A DNA stretch of 64,000 bases, taken from NCBI GenBank assembly GCA_963770765.1, contig CAVYQS010000015.1, positions 9,194-73,193 on the forward strand. The letters are read 5' to 3'. This document shows positions 19,648 to 28,931 of this stretch, in pieces. The first letter of the stretch is position 1; each line of letters opens with the position of its first letter. The notes under the pieces are model-generated. The model saw nothing but the letters and a program-made list of their open reading frames with translations, did no database searches and was not told the origin of the DNA. Source of the stretch: an uncultured Actinomycetes bacterium. Its GTDB lineage: Bacteria; Actinomycetota; Coriobacteriia; Anaerosomatales; PHET01. The translations under genes and the position numbers were made by a program.

Positions 19648-21317
19648 ATGATACTGCCGAGCAGAGACGAGTTCGCGGCACTCGCCGCCGAGCATGACGT
19701 CGTGCCCGTCGCTCGCGAGGTCTATGCCGATCTTGCCACGCCGATCAGCGCCTTCATGGCGCTGGCTGAAGGCGCTGAGCACGCGTTTCTGCTCGAGAGC
19801 GTCGTAGGCGGCGAGCGCCTGGGCCGCTACAGCTTCCTGGGCGTGGGGGATCGCACCGTCATCTCCGGGCGGGGCAGCGAGGTCGTCGTCGAGAACGGCG
19901 GCGTTCACGGCGAGCGGGCCGACGATCCGCTCCGCGCTGTGGTGCGGGAGCTGGGTGCCGGGTCGGTCGCGCGCGTACCCGGGCTGCCGCTGTTCGTGGG
20001 CGGCGCCGTCGGCTACGTGGGCTACGAGACCGCAGGCACCTTCGAGAAGGTTCCGCGCCACGACAACGACGAGCTCGGCGTTCCGGACTTCTGCTTCATG
20101 CAGGCCGAGGTGGTCGTCGCCTTCGATCACGCCCGTCGGGTGATGCAGGTCATCGCACCGGTCCGTCCCGGCGGCGCGCCGGACATGGCCTACGATGCTG
20201 CGCTCAAGCGCATCGACGGCTACCTGCGCCGCATCGATCAAGGCCCGCGCGGCGCCGAGCTGGGCAACGTGGGAGTCGTCCGCGAGGTACCGCTCAAGGC
20301 ACACACGTCGCACGACGAGTTCATCGAGCAGGTCGAGAAGGCGAAGGAGCACATCGCCGCCGGGGACATCTTCCAGGTGGTCCTGTCGCAGCGCTTCTCG
20401 GCACCGTACGCGGGAGACGGGATCGACCTGTACCGGGTGCTCAGGGCGGTCAACCCGAGTCCGTACATGTTCTATCTGCGCACCCGCGACGTGACGCTCG
20501 TGGGATCGAGTCCCGAGCCGCTTGTGCGCGTCGAAGACGGCCAGGTGCTCACCCGCCCACTTGCCGGCACTCGGCCTCGCGGTGCGACGGCCACCGAGGA
20601 CGGGCGGCTACGCGCAGACCTGCTCGCCGACGAGAAGGAACGAGCTGAGCACGTCATGCTCGTGGACTTGGGTCGAAACGACATCGGCCGGGTCAGTGCA
20701 CCGGGCTCGGTGAGCGTGGACGAGCTCATGGAGGTCGAATACTACAGCCACGTGATGCACATCGTGAGCAACGTGACCGGCACGCTCGCACCTGGCAAGG
20801 ACGCTCTGGATGCGCTCGAGGCCACGTTCCCCGCCGGCACGGTGAGCGGCGCCCCCAAGGTTCGGGCGATGGAGATCATCCGCGAGCTTGAGCCTGCTGC
20901 GCGCGGCCCGTATGCGGGCACCGTGGGCTACTTCGGACTCGATGGCGCGATGGACATGTGCATCACGATCCGTACCGTCGTGCTTGTTGACGGCGTGGCG
21001 TACCTGCAGTCCGGCGCGGGCATCGTCGCCGACAGCGACCCCGAGAAGGAGTACGAGGAGTGTCGCCACAAGGCCGCCGCGCTGCACAAGGCTCTCGAGT
21101 TGGCCGCCGGCATGCGCGCTGAGGACGCCGCCGCACACCCCGCGCGGCGCACGAGGACGCCGCCGCAAACCCCCGTGCGGCGCACGAGGACGCCGCCGCA
21201 CCGCACCGCTCAGGGTCCTCGGCGGGGGCCCGCGCCGCTGACGCGGCTACCCCGCCTGCGGGGTCTTCGCTCAGCGGCACGCCGTCGTCCTCTGCCGGGT
21301 CGGAGGCACGCTCATGA
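19648..21317 (+). CDS. trpE: Anthranilate synthase component I; 3' tail carries a tandem repeat and a probable -1 frame break
   Basis: Chorismate-binding core (LLESV..GERLGRYSF..IFQVVLSQRF..NPSPYMFYL..GTRPRG..DEKERAEHVMLVDLGRNDIG..GAPKVRAMEII..RGPYAGTVGYF). The nominal ORF runs to 21387, 74 nt into trpG. The frame-0 reading from 21153 ends at TGA 21315-21317, giving an ATGA overlap with trpG. Confidence 0.85.
21121..21205 (+). repeat. 32/33-bp tandem repeat (about 2.6 copies), each unit with a GCGGCG..CGCCGC hairpin
   Basis: GAGGACGCCGCCGCACACCCCGCGCGGCGCAC / GAGGACGCCGCCGCAAACCCCCGTGCGGCGCAC / GAGGACGCCGCCGCACCGCACC. Unit 1 is one C shorter than unit 2. Confidence 0.85.
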
Positions 21318-23035
21318 TCCTGGTGATCGACAACTACGACTCCTTCACCTACAACCTCGTGCAGCTCTTGGCCGCGTTGGGTGCTGACGTTGAGGTGCGG
21401 CGCAACGATGCGCTGACGGCCGACGAGGCGCTGGCGCTGAATCCGCGGGGGATCGTCGTGTCGCCGGGGCCGGGAAGGCCGGAGGACGCCGGCATATCGC
21501 GCGACGTGATTCGCGGGGCGGCCGAGAAGCGCGTGCCGCTGCTCGGCGTGTGCTTGGGACACCAGAGCATCGCCGAGGTGTTCGGTGGCACGGTGTGCCG
21601 GTCTCCTCGGCCCGTGCACGGCAAGACCGACGAGATCACCCACGACGGCACCGGGCTGTTCGCGGGGGTGCCGATCCCGTTCACCGCGACGCGCTACCAT
21701 TCGCTGTGCGTCGACATCGCGAGCGTGCCGAGCGAACTCGTGGTGCAGGCCACCACGCCCGACGGCGTGATCATGGGGCTGCGCCACAAGACACTGCCGA
21801 TCCACGGCGTGCAGTTCCATCCCGAGTCGGTGCTCACGCCCGAGGGCGCCAAGCTGCTCGCCAACTTCCTCGACCTCGCGGGAGAGGTCGCGCTTTCGGG
21901 CGAGGCTTCCGGCACCCCGCAGGTGGTCGCCGCCGCAGGCGGTTCTGCTCGAGCGAGCGCACACACCGCCGAGGTAGCCACGGTGGCGCAGGCGATCGCG
22001 CGCGTCTCGGCGGGTGACTCGCTGACCGAGCAGATCGCGCACCGCGTCATGGGCCAGATCATGGATGGCGAGTCGACTCCCGCGCAGATCAGCGCGCTCG
22101 TGGTGGGCATGCGCATGAAGGGGGAGACGGTCGACGAGATCGTCGGGTTCGCTCGGGCGATGCGCGAAAGGGCCACCCCTGTGCGCCCCACGGCTTCGGG
22201 CTACATCGACACGTGCGGTACCGGCGGCGACGGCCTTCACACCTTCAACATCTCGACGACCACGGCGTTCGTCGTCGCGGGCGCCGGCGTTCCGGTCGCC
22301 AAGCACGGCAACCGAGCGGTCTCATCGGCAGCGGGTAGCGCCGACGTGCTCGAGGCGCTGGGGATCGACATCAGCCTCGACGCGACCGACACGGCGCGCT
22401 GCATCGACGAAGCCGGGGTAGGCTTCCTGTTCGCCCAGTCGCTGCATGCGAGCATGCGTCACGCGGCCGCCCCGCGGCGCGAGATCGGCATCCGCACCGT
22501 CTTCAACATCCTCGGGCCGCTCACCAACCCGGCAGGCGCGACGCGCCAGCTGCTGGGCGTCTACGACCCGCGTCTCGCGCCGGTGATGGCCGAGGTCGCA
22601 GGGCGTCTGGGCGCCGAGCGCGTGCTCGTCGTGCACGGCCACCCCGGTATGGACGAGGTCTCCGCCTCCGGGCCCACGACGATCGCCGAGTTCTCGGCCG
22701 AGAAGGGCGCCGTCGAGTCCTACGAGGTCACGCCGGAGAGCGTGGGTATCGCTCGCGGCACGCTCGCGGACCTCGCCGGTGGCGATGCTCGCGAGAACGC
22801 CGACATCGTGCGGTGGGTGCTCGAAGGCGAGCACGGCCCGCGTCGCGACGTCGTGCTGATGAACGCCGGGGCGGCGCTACTGGCAGCGGGTGTGGCTCCC
22901 GATCTGGCGGCCGCGGTCGCACTCGCCCGCGAGTCGATCGACTCCGGTCGCGCGGTGGCAGCACTCGAGCAGCTCGTCGCCGTGTCGCAGCGCCTTGGCG
23001 CCGCAGCGCGGGAGCGCGCGGAGGCGAGCGCGTGA
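21314..23035 (+). CDS. trpGD: Bifunctional anthranilate synthase component II (glutamine amidotransferase) / anthranilate phosphoribosyltransferase
   Basis: N-terminal ILVIDNYDSFTYNLVQ..GVCLGHQ..GVQFHPES. C-terminal TrpD motifs DTCGTGGDG..FNISTTTAFV..AKHGNRAVSS..GSADVLEALG. 573 aa. Confidence 0.92.
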   Translation: MILVIDNYDSFTYNLVQLLAALGADVEVRRNDALTADEALALNPRGIVVSPGPGRPEDAGISRDVIRGAAEKRVPLLGVCLGHQSIAEVFGGTVCRSPRPVHGKTDEITHDGTGLFAGVPIPFTATRYHSLCVDIASVPSELVVQATTPDGVIMGLRHKTLPIHGVQFHPESVLTPEGAKLLANFLDLAGEVALSGEASGTPQVVAAAGGSARASAHTAEVATVAQAIARVSAGDSLTEQIAHRVMGQIMDGESTPAQISALVVGMRMKGETVDEIVGFARAMRERATPVRPTASGYIDTCGTGGDGLHTFNISTTTAFVVAGAGVPVAKHGNRAVSSAAGSADVLEALGIDISLDATDTARCIDEAGVGFLFAQSLHASMRHAAAPRREIGIRTVFNILGPLTNPAGATRQLLGVYDPRLAPVMAEVAGRLGAERVLVVHGHPGMDEVSASGPTTIAEFSAEKGAVESYEVTPESVGIARGTLADLAGGDARENADIVRWVLEGEHGPRRDVVLMNAGAALLAAGVAPDLAAAVALARESIDSGRAVAALEQLVAVSQRLGAAARERAEASA

Positions 23036-23829
23036 GCTTCCTGACCGACATGATCGCGGGTCGCACCGCACGGATCACCGCCGAGTATGCGGGCCTGTCG
23101 CCCGCCGATCGCGAGCGCCTGGCGTGTTGTGCGCGGCCGGTGCGCGACTTCGTGTCGGCACTGCGCGACCGCGCAGACGTAGCGGTCATCGCCGAGGTGA
23201 AGAAGGCCTCGCCGAGCGCGGGCGAGATCGCCCCGGGCTGCGAGGCCTCGAAGCAGGCGCTCCACTATCAGGACGGCGGCGCGGCGGCGATCAGCGTGCT
23301 CACCGAGCCGGAGTCGTTCGGAGGCAGCTTCGCCGATCTGTCGGATGTCGCCGACGCGGTCGACATCCCGGTGCTGTGCAAAGACTTCGTGGTCGATCCG
23401 GTCCAGCCGTTCGTCGCGCGTGGGCACGGCGCCGACGCCGTCCTCATCATGGTGAGTGTTCTGGGCGACCGGACGGCGAGCTACATCGATCTGGCTGACA
23501 CCCTTGGGCTCACCCCGCTCGTCGAGGTCGTGAACGAGCGCGAGCTGGAGGTGGCGCTGGCGGCCGGTGCTCGCGTGATCGCCGTGAACAGTCGCGACCT
23601 GCACACGCTCGAGGTCGATTCGGAGCGCGCACGCACCGTCGTGGCCGCAGCGGCACAGGCGGGCGCGATCGTGGTGGCGGCGAGCGGTACGAGGTCGCGG
23701 TCGGATGTCGAGGCGGCAGCGGATGCGGGCGCGCACGCAGTACTGGTGGGAGAGGCGCTCATGCGTGCCGCCTTCCCCGAAGACGTGTTGCAGGAGCTCA
23801 CGGGGGTCTCACGGCCCCCGAGGCCATAG
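23032..23829 (+). CDS. trpC: Indole-3-glycerol phosphate synthase
   Basis: VIAEVKKASPSAG..AISVLTEP..F.GS..IPVLCKDFVVD..EVVNERE..VNSRDL..ASG. GTG 23032 overlaps the trpGD TGA. Confidence 0.9.
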   Translation: MSFLTDMIAGRTARITAEYAGLSPADRERLACCARPVRDFVSALRDRADVAVIAEVKKASPSAGEIAPGCEASKQALHYQDGGAAAISVLTEPESFGGSFADLSDVADAVDIPVLCKDFVVDPVQPFVARGHGADAVLIMVSVLGDRTASYIDLADTLGLTPLVEVVNERELEVALAAGARVIAVNSRDLHTLEVDSERARTVVAAAAQAGAIVVAASGTRSRSDVEAAADAGAHAVLVGEALMRAAFPEDVLQELTGVSRPPRP

Positions 23830-23946
23830 CACGGAAGAAGTCGCCGGGAAGCACTTCTCGGCGGGAAGGATTCGGAGGCGCTCACGCGCCGCCGGGACTC
23901 GGGTCCACGCGGATGCGCGCAGGCCCGGCAGAAAGGGGAGAGCGCT

Positions 23947-25314
23947 ATGAGTGACAAGACGCGGTTCGGACTCGATGAGACGAGGATCCCTGAGGCCTGG
24001 TACAACATCATGCCGGACCTCAAGAACCCTCCGGCGCCACCCAAGGTCGTCACGCCCGACGGCACCGAGCTCGGGCCCGATCAGATCGGCGAGGTCATGG
24101 CCTCGCTGTTTCCCATGGAGTGTCTCAAGCAGGAGATGTCGCCCGATCGCTGGATCGACATCCCGGGCGCGGTCATCGACGTCTACAAGACGTACCGCCC
24201 CTCGCCACTGCTGCGCGCCAAGCAGCTGGAGAGCGTGCTCGACCTGCCTGCCGGCGTGAAGATCTTCTACAAGTACGAAGGTGTGAGTCCCGCGGGATCG
24301 CACAAGCCCAACACCGCCATCCCGCAGGCGTACTTCAACAAGCAGGAGGGCATCACCAAGATCGCCACCGAGACGGGCGCGGGCCAGTGGGGCTCGGCGA
24401 TGTCGATCGCCGGGGCGCTCTACGGCATCGACGTCGAAGTCTTCATGGTGGGTGTCAGCTACGACCAGAAGCCGTACCGCCGCATCCTCATGGAGACGTA
24501 CGGCGGCATCGTGCACAAGTCGCCGAGTGACCTCACTGAAGCAGGCCGTCACGTGCTCGCCATGGATCCGGACTCGACCGGGTCGCTCGGCATCGCGATC
24601 TCGGAGGCAGTGGAGGTCGCCGCGAAGAACCCGGATACGCACTACGCGCTGGGCTCGGTGCTCAATCACGTGTGTCTGCACCAGACGATCATCGGCCTCG
24701 AGTCCATCGAGCAGATGGCGCTGGCCGACGAAGAGCCCGACGTGGTCATCGCGTGCGTGGGCGGCGGCTCGAACTTCGCCGGTCTCGCCTTCCCGTACTA
24801 CCACCGCAAGCTCGAGGGCAAGAGCAAGGCCCGCCTGCTCGCGGTCGAGCCGAAGGCATGCCCGACGCTCACCGCGGGCGAGTACCGCTACGACCTGGGC
24901 GACGAGGCGGGCATGACGCCGCAGATGCTGATGTACACGCTCGGTCACGACTTCGTGCCCGCGGGTATCCACGCCGGCGGTCTGCGCTACCACGGCGACT
25001 CGCCGCTCGTGAGCCAGCTCGTGTACGAGGGTGAGGCCGAGGCGATCGCCGTCGACCAGAACGCATGCTTCGCCGCGGCCGTGCAGTTCGCGCGCGCCGA
25101 GGGGGTCTTGCCGGCGCCGGAGTCGAGCCATGCGATCCGCGCCGCCATCGATCAGGCTCTCGAAGCGAAGGAAGCGGGCGAGGACCGCGTGATCCTGTTC
25201 AACCTGTCGGGTCACGGCCATTTCGATCTGGCGGCGTACGCGGCGTACAACGCCGGGGAGCTCCAGGACTTCGACTTCGCGGCCGGCGCGACGCTGTGCG
25301 GAGATGACCTGTAG
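23947..25314 (+). CDS. trpB2: TrpB2-type tryptophan synthase beta-like PLP enzyme
   Basis: 455 aa with the long TrpB2 N-terminus (IPEAWYNIMPDL..RPSPLLRA) and GSHKPNTA instead of the TrpB1 GAHKINN. GGGSNFAG and HAGGLRYHG motifs. AAAGGGGAG RBS. Confidence 0.8.
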   Translation: MSDKTRFGLDETRIPEAWYNIMPDLKNPPAPPKVVTPDGTELGPDQIGEVMASLFPMECLKQEMSPDRWIDIPGAVIDVYKTYRPSPLLRAKQLESVLDLPAGVKIFYKYEGVSPAGSHKPNTAIPQAYFNKQEGITKIATETGAGQWGSAMSIAGALYGIDVEVFMVGVSYDQKPYRRILMETYGGIVHKSPSDLTEAGRHVLAMDPDSTGSLGIAISEAVEVAAKNPDTHYALGSVLNHVCLHQTIIGLESIEQMALADEEPDVVIACVGGGSNFAGLAFPYYHRKLEGKSKARLLAVEPKACPTLTAGEYRYDLGDEAGMTPQMLMYTLGHDFVPAGIHAGGLRYHGDSPLVSQLVYEGEAEAIAVDQNACFAAAVQFARAEGVLPAPESSHAIRAAIDQALEAKEAGEDRVILFNLSGHGHFDLAAYAAYNAGELQDFDFAAGATLCGDDL

Positions 25315-25318
25315 GACG

Positions 25319-25960
25319 ATGCACCGTACCCGAATCAAGATATGCGGCCTGACCAGGGCCGAGGACGTCGCAGCGGCCGTGGCCGCCGGGGCTGACGCCG
25401 TGGGCTTCGTGTTCGCGGTGTCTCCTCGGCAGGTCACGGTCGAGCAGGCGGCTGCCGCAGCCGCGGCGGCACCACCGCCGGTAGGCCGCATCGGGGTGTT
25501 CGTCGATCCGACACTCGGCGAGGTCGAGCAGGCCATCGACACGGCCGGCCTGATGGCCGTGCAGCTGTGCGGTTGCGAGTCGCCGGAGCTCGTCTCGGCG
25601 GTCTCGGTGCCGGTGATCAAGGTGCTGTCCGTTGGCACGGATTTCGGTTGGGAGAACGCGGAGCCCTACCGGGGCAAAGCCGCCGCCCTCCTTCTCGACA
25701 CGTATGTGCCTGGCAAAGCGGGCGGTACTTCGCGGACTTTCCACTGGCAAAGCATCGGCGAGTTCTCCGGCTGGGCTCCTCTCTATCTCGCTGGGGGACT
25801 CTCACCGACCAACGTCGCCGACGCCATCGGCGCACTGCATCCCTTCGCGGTCGACGTCTCGTCGGGGGTCGAGTCGTCACCCGGCATCAAGGACCATCGC
25901 GCCATTCAAGCGTTCTGCGCCGCCGTGCGCGAAGCCGATCAGGAGGCAACCCGTGAGTGA
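25319..25960 (+). CDS. trpF: Phosphoribosylanthranilate isomerase
   Basis: RIKICGLTRAEDV..GADAVGFVF..SPR..VQLCG..LLDT..GGT..LAGGL. Alternative ATG at 25304. Confidence 0.85.
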   Translation: MHRTRIKICGLTRAEDVAAAVAAGADAVGFVFAVSPRQVTVEQAAAAAAAAPPPVGRIGVFVDPTLGEVEQAIDTAGLMAVQLCGCESPELVSAVSVPVIKVLSVGTDFGWENAEPYRGKAAALLLDTYVPGKAGGTSRTFHWQSIGEFSGWAPLYLAGGLSPTNVADAIGALHPFAVDVSSGVESSPGIKDHRAIQAFCAAVREADQEATRE

Positions 25961-27188
25961 TCTTCTGCCCAGAGCCGACGAAGTCTACGAAGGACCTACC
26001 GCCGAGGGCTTCTTCGGCCCGTACGGTGGACGCTTCGTGCCCGAGACCGTCATGCCGGCCCTGCTCGAGCTGACATGCGCGTTCGACGAAGCCTCCGCTG
26101 ACCCGGTGTTCCAAGAGGACCTCGCCGACCTGCTCATCGACTACGTGGGTCGCGCCACTCCTCTCTATCCTGCTCACCGCCTCGCCGACGCCGTGGGACT
26201 GGGCACCGTCCTCCTCAAGCGAGAGGACCTGTGTCACACGGGCGCGCACAAGATCAACAACACGCTCGGCCAGTGCCTGCTCGCTCGGCGCATGGGCAAG
26301 CAGCGGGTGATCGCCGAGACCGGCGCGGGTCAGCACGGTGTCGCGACTGCGACCGCCGCTGCTCTGATGGGGATGGAGTGCGCCGTGTTCATGGGCGTCG
26401 AGGACATCCGCCGGCAGTCCCTCAACGTCTTCAAGATGAAGCTGCTGGGAGCCGAGGTCATTCCCGTCGATGAGGGCTCCGGTACACTCGCCGACGCCGT
26501 GACCGCCGCCCTGCGCCACTGGGTCGAGCGCGTCGAAGACACGTTCTACGTGCTCGGCAGCGCGGTGGGTCCGCACCCATACCCCCTCATGGTGCGCGAG
26601 TTCCAGAGTGTCATCGGAGCCGAGACGATCGAGCAGCTCCAAGAGCTTCGGATCGAGAAGGTCGACGCGGTCGTGGCATGTGTCGGCGGCGGCAGCAACG
26701 CCATCGGCACCTTCTACCCGTTCGTGATGGAGGGCGATCTGGTGGGCTCTCCGCTGCTCATCGGTGCCGAAGCGGCTGGCAAGGGCATCGACACCGATCA
26801 GACCGGCGCGTCGATGACACTGGGGTCGCCCGGTGTGATGCACGGCTTCTACAGTTACCTGCTCCAAGACGACGCCGGCAACCCGCTTGAGGCCTACTCG
26901 ATCTCCGCGGGACTCGACTACCCCGGGGTGGGCCCGGAGCATGCGTACCTGAAAGACGAAGGTCTCGTTCGCTACGACGCCGTCACCGACGCCGAGGCGC
27001 TCGCCGCCTTCGACCTGCTGTGCAAGACAGAGGGCATCATCCCGGCGATCGAGTCGAGCCATGCGCTCGCACTGCTTCCTCGTCTCGCCGACGAGCTCGG
27101 GCCGGCGGCGACCGTGGTCGTGACCCTGTCGGGTCGCGGCGACAAGGACATCGACATCGTGCGCGAGGCGGGGCTGGGCGGTGAGTGA
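25953..27188 (+). CDS. trpB: Tryptophan synthase beta chain (TrpB1 type)
   Basis: FGPYGGRFVPE..LKREDL.HTGAHKINN..AETGAGQHGVATA..GGGSNAIG..GLDYPGVGPEH. AGGAGG RBS. GTG 25953 overlaps the end of trpF. Confidence 0.95.
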   Translation: MSDLLPRADEVYEGPTAEGFFGPYGGRFVPETVMPALLELTCAFDEASADPVFQEDLADLLIDYVGRATPLYPAHRLADAVGLGTVLLKREDLCHTGAHKINNTLGQCLLARRMGKQRVIAETGAGQHGVATATAAALMGMECAVFMGVEDIRRQSLNVFKMKLLGAEVIPVDEGSGTLADAVTAALRHWVERVEDTFYVLGSAVGPHPYPLMVREFQSVIGAETIEQLQELRIEKVDAVVACVGGGSNAIGTFYPFVMEGDLVGSPLLIGAEAAGKGIDTDQTGASMTLGSPGVMHGFYSYLLQDDAGNPLEAYSISAGLDYPGVGPEHAYLKDEGLVRYDAVTDAEALAAFDLLCKTEGIIPAIESSHALALLPRLADELGPAATVVVTLSGRGDKDIDIVREAGLGGE

Positions 27189-27966
27189 CTCCGGCGGCGG
27201 GCTCGCGCGCGCGTTCGCGCCGGGCCGTCCGGCACTCGTCGCGTACGTGATGGCAGGCTACCCCGACCGAGCCGCGTCTCTCGCCGCCCTCCACGCGCTC
27301 GCCGAAGGGGGGGCGGACCTCATCGAGCTCGGCGTGCCCTACGCAGACCCCCTCGCCGACGGGCCCACGATCGTTCACGCTGCCGAGACCGCGCGCAGCG
27401 CCGATCCCGGCGGCTTCGGTCTCACCGAGACGATCGGGCTTGTCACCGACTTCCTCGCCGAGCGCGACGGCTCGGCTCCCCCGATCGCATTGATGACCTA
27501 CCTGAATCCGCTCATGCGGATGGGGCTACCCAAGGCGGCACAGGCGCTTCGCGATGCGGGTGTGAGCGGTGTGATCGTGCCTGACCTGCCGCCCGACATG
27601 GCACCGATGTGGCTCAGCGTGGCCCATGGCATCGACACCGTCTTCCTGGCGGCCCCGACGTCGACACCGGAGCGTCTCGCGAAGGTCGGCTCGATGGGCG
27701 GAGGCTTCGTCTACTGCGTCTCGACGACCGGTGTCACCGGCGAGCGCTCGGAGCTGCCCGCCGAGCTGGCCGATCTCGTGGCGCGCGTGAAGGACTCGAC
27801 TCCGTTACCGGTGGCCGTCGGGTTCGGGGTCTCCACGCCGCAGCAGGCGGCAGCGGTCGCGCGGCTTGCCGACGGAGTCGTCGTCGGTTCGGCGCTGGTG
27901 AGGCGACAAGACGACGCCGATGAGCTGCGTGCGTTCGTCGAGGAGCTCGCACGCGCCGTTCACTGA
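27181..27966 (+). CDS. trpA: Tryptophan synthase alpha chain
   Basis: LVAYVMAGYPD..IELGVPYADPLADGPTI..GVIVPDLP..YCVSTTGVTG..VGFGVS. Overlaps the trpB stop. Confidence 0.93.
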   Translation: MSDSGGGLARAFAPGRPALVAYVMAGYPDRAASLAALHALAEGGADLIELGVPYADPLADGPTIVHAAETARSADPGGFGLTETIGLVTDFLAERDGSAPPIALMTYLNPLMRMGLPKAAQALRDAGVSGVIVPDLPPDMAPMWLSVAHGIDTVFLAAPTSTPERLAKVGSMGGGFVYCVSTTGVTGERSELPAELADLVARVKDSTPLPVAVGFGVSTPQQAAAVARLADGVVVGSALVRRQDDADELRAFVEELARAVH

Positions 27967-27969
27967 TGT

Positions 27970-28030
27970 GACGAAGGACCGAAGGGCCCCGGGGGATGTG
28001 CCCCGCGAGGCCCTTCGCGGTCTTCGTCGT
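27970..28030. terminator. Long imperfect hairpin between convergent trpA and NlpC/P60 genes (bidirectional terminator candidate)
   Basis: GACGAAGGACCGAAGGGCC ... GGCCCTTCGCGGTCTTCGTC, with an inner CCGGGG..CCCCG stem. Confidence 0.6.
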
Positions 28031-28040
28031 TACGACCGCG

Positions 28041-28589
28041 TCACAGCCCGTAGGATGCGATACCGGCTGGTGTGGTCGCCGCCGGCTTCTTCACAGCGGT
28101 GCGGGCGGGCGTGCTGATCTTCTTGTAGCGGAGGGCCTTGGCTCCGCGCGGGATCTTGCGCACGCGCTTCTTGGCGTGGCTTCCCCACGTCGTCTGCTCG
28201 AGCGCGTAGTACGTGCGCGCCTTCTTGTTCTTCCAGCCGCCGAACAGGCTCACGTGGCCGGGCTTGAGCACGGCGTCGCCGGGCTGCAGGGCGCGAACGG
28301 GGATGCGCTTGGCGCGCGAGGAGATCGTGCGAGTCGAGTAGGAGCGGCCGAGCTTCCAGGCCATCGATACGAACCCGGAGCAGTCGCGTCGGTAGCCTCG
28401 GTAGTGGCGTCGCTGGCTGTAGGGGACCTTCTTCTTGACCCATACCTTCGCCCGCTTCATGACCTGCTCGCGGGTGATCGCCTGCGCCTGAGCCGGCGCC
28501 GAGATGACAACGGTCGCCGCGATAGCGACGACCAGGAGGGCCGCACCTACCGTGGTGCGGACGTTCGAGAACCCTTTGTGTACCTGCAC
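28041..28589 (-). CDS. Secreted NlpC/P60 (C40) cell-wall hydrolase
   Basis: Signal peptide VGAALLVVAIAATVVISAPAQA. Catalytic DCSGFVSMAW .. GDAVLKPGHVSLF. GTG 28589 with GAAAGG upstream. The start is uncertain. Confidence 0.75.
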   Translation of the reverse strand: MQVHKGFSNVRTTVGAALLVVAIAATVVISAPAQAQAITREQVMKRAKVWVKKKVPYSQRRHYRGYRRDCSGFVSMAWKLGRSYSTRTISSRAKRIPVRALQPGDAVLKPGHVSLFGGWKNKKARTYYALEQTTWGSHAKKRVRKIPRGAKALRYKKISTPARTAVKKPAATTPAGIASYGL

Positions 28590-28931
28590 GCAGTGCCTTT
28601 CGACGGTGACAGTGCACCTCAAGGGCCGTGCCGACGACTGTGCCGACCGGTGCCTTGAGGGCGCCCCCCGCGTGCGGGTCTTCCGTTGCACGGGGGTGCG
28701 GGGGGCCGAGTGAGGACGAGCGAATGCGATGCCACCTCTGGCAGAACACCAGCTCAGAGGGTGGATGGGCCGATCGAGGGGAGCGAACCGCCTGCAACCG
28801 TCCGGAAACGCCACGGCACGTGCCGAGCGGCATGATCCACGCCGCTGCGTGCTCGCAGTTCGGGTAGACTCGAACCGGACCGACCGGCCATCCGGGTCGT
28901 CTGCCCTGCGTTCGTTCGAAAGAGGACCGCG

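Noticed and set aside
19245-19681. ORFs 19245..19511 and 19331..19681 on the minus strand.
   Set aside because: They fall entirely within the T-box leader RNA and have no RBS and no conserved motifs.
19648-21387. Long form of trpE overlapping trpG by 74 nt.
   Set aside because: The tail is Arg/Pro-rich and out of register with the repeat units. The alternative frame gives an in-frame peptide repeat and a canonical ATGA junction with trpG.
27996-28658. 220-aa + strand ORF and the 267-aa minus ORF 28030..28833 overlapping the NlpC/P60 gene.
   Set aside because: Only frame 28041..28589 (-) contains the signal peptide and the catalytic Cys/His motifs. The others are Arg/Pro-rich shadow frames.
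28590-28840. Assignment of the NlpC/P60 leader to the ydaO (c-di-AMP) riboswitch class.
   Set aside because: The gene context fits, but I could not locate the conserved ydaO blocks as I remember them (GGGGGACCCA-, GGGGUGAAUCC- and ACCCGAA-type). It is reported only as an unclassified structured leader.
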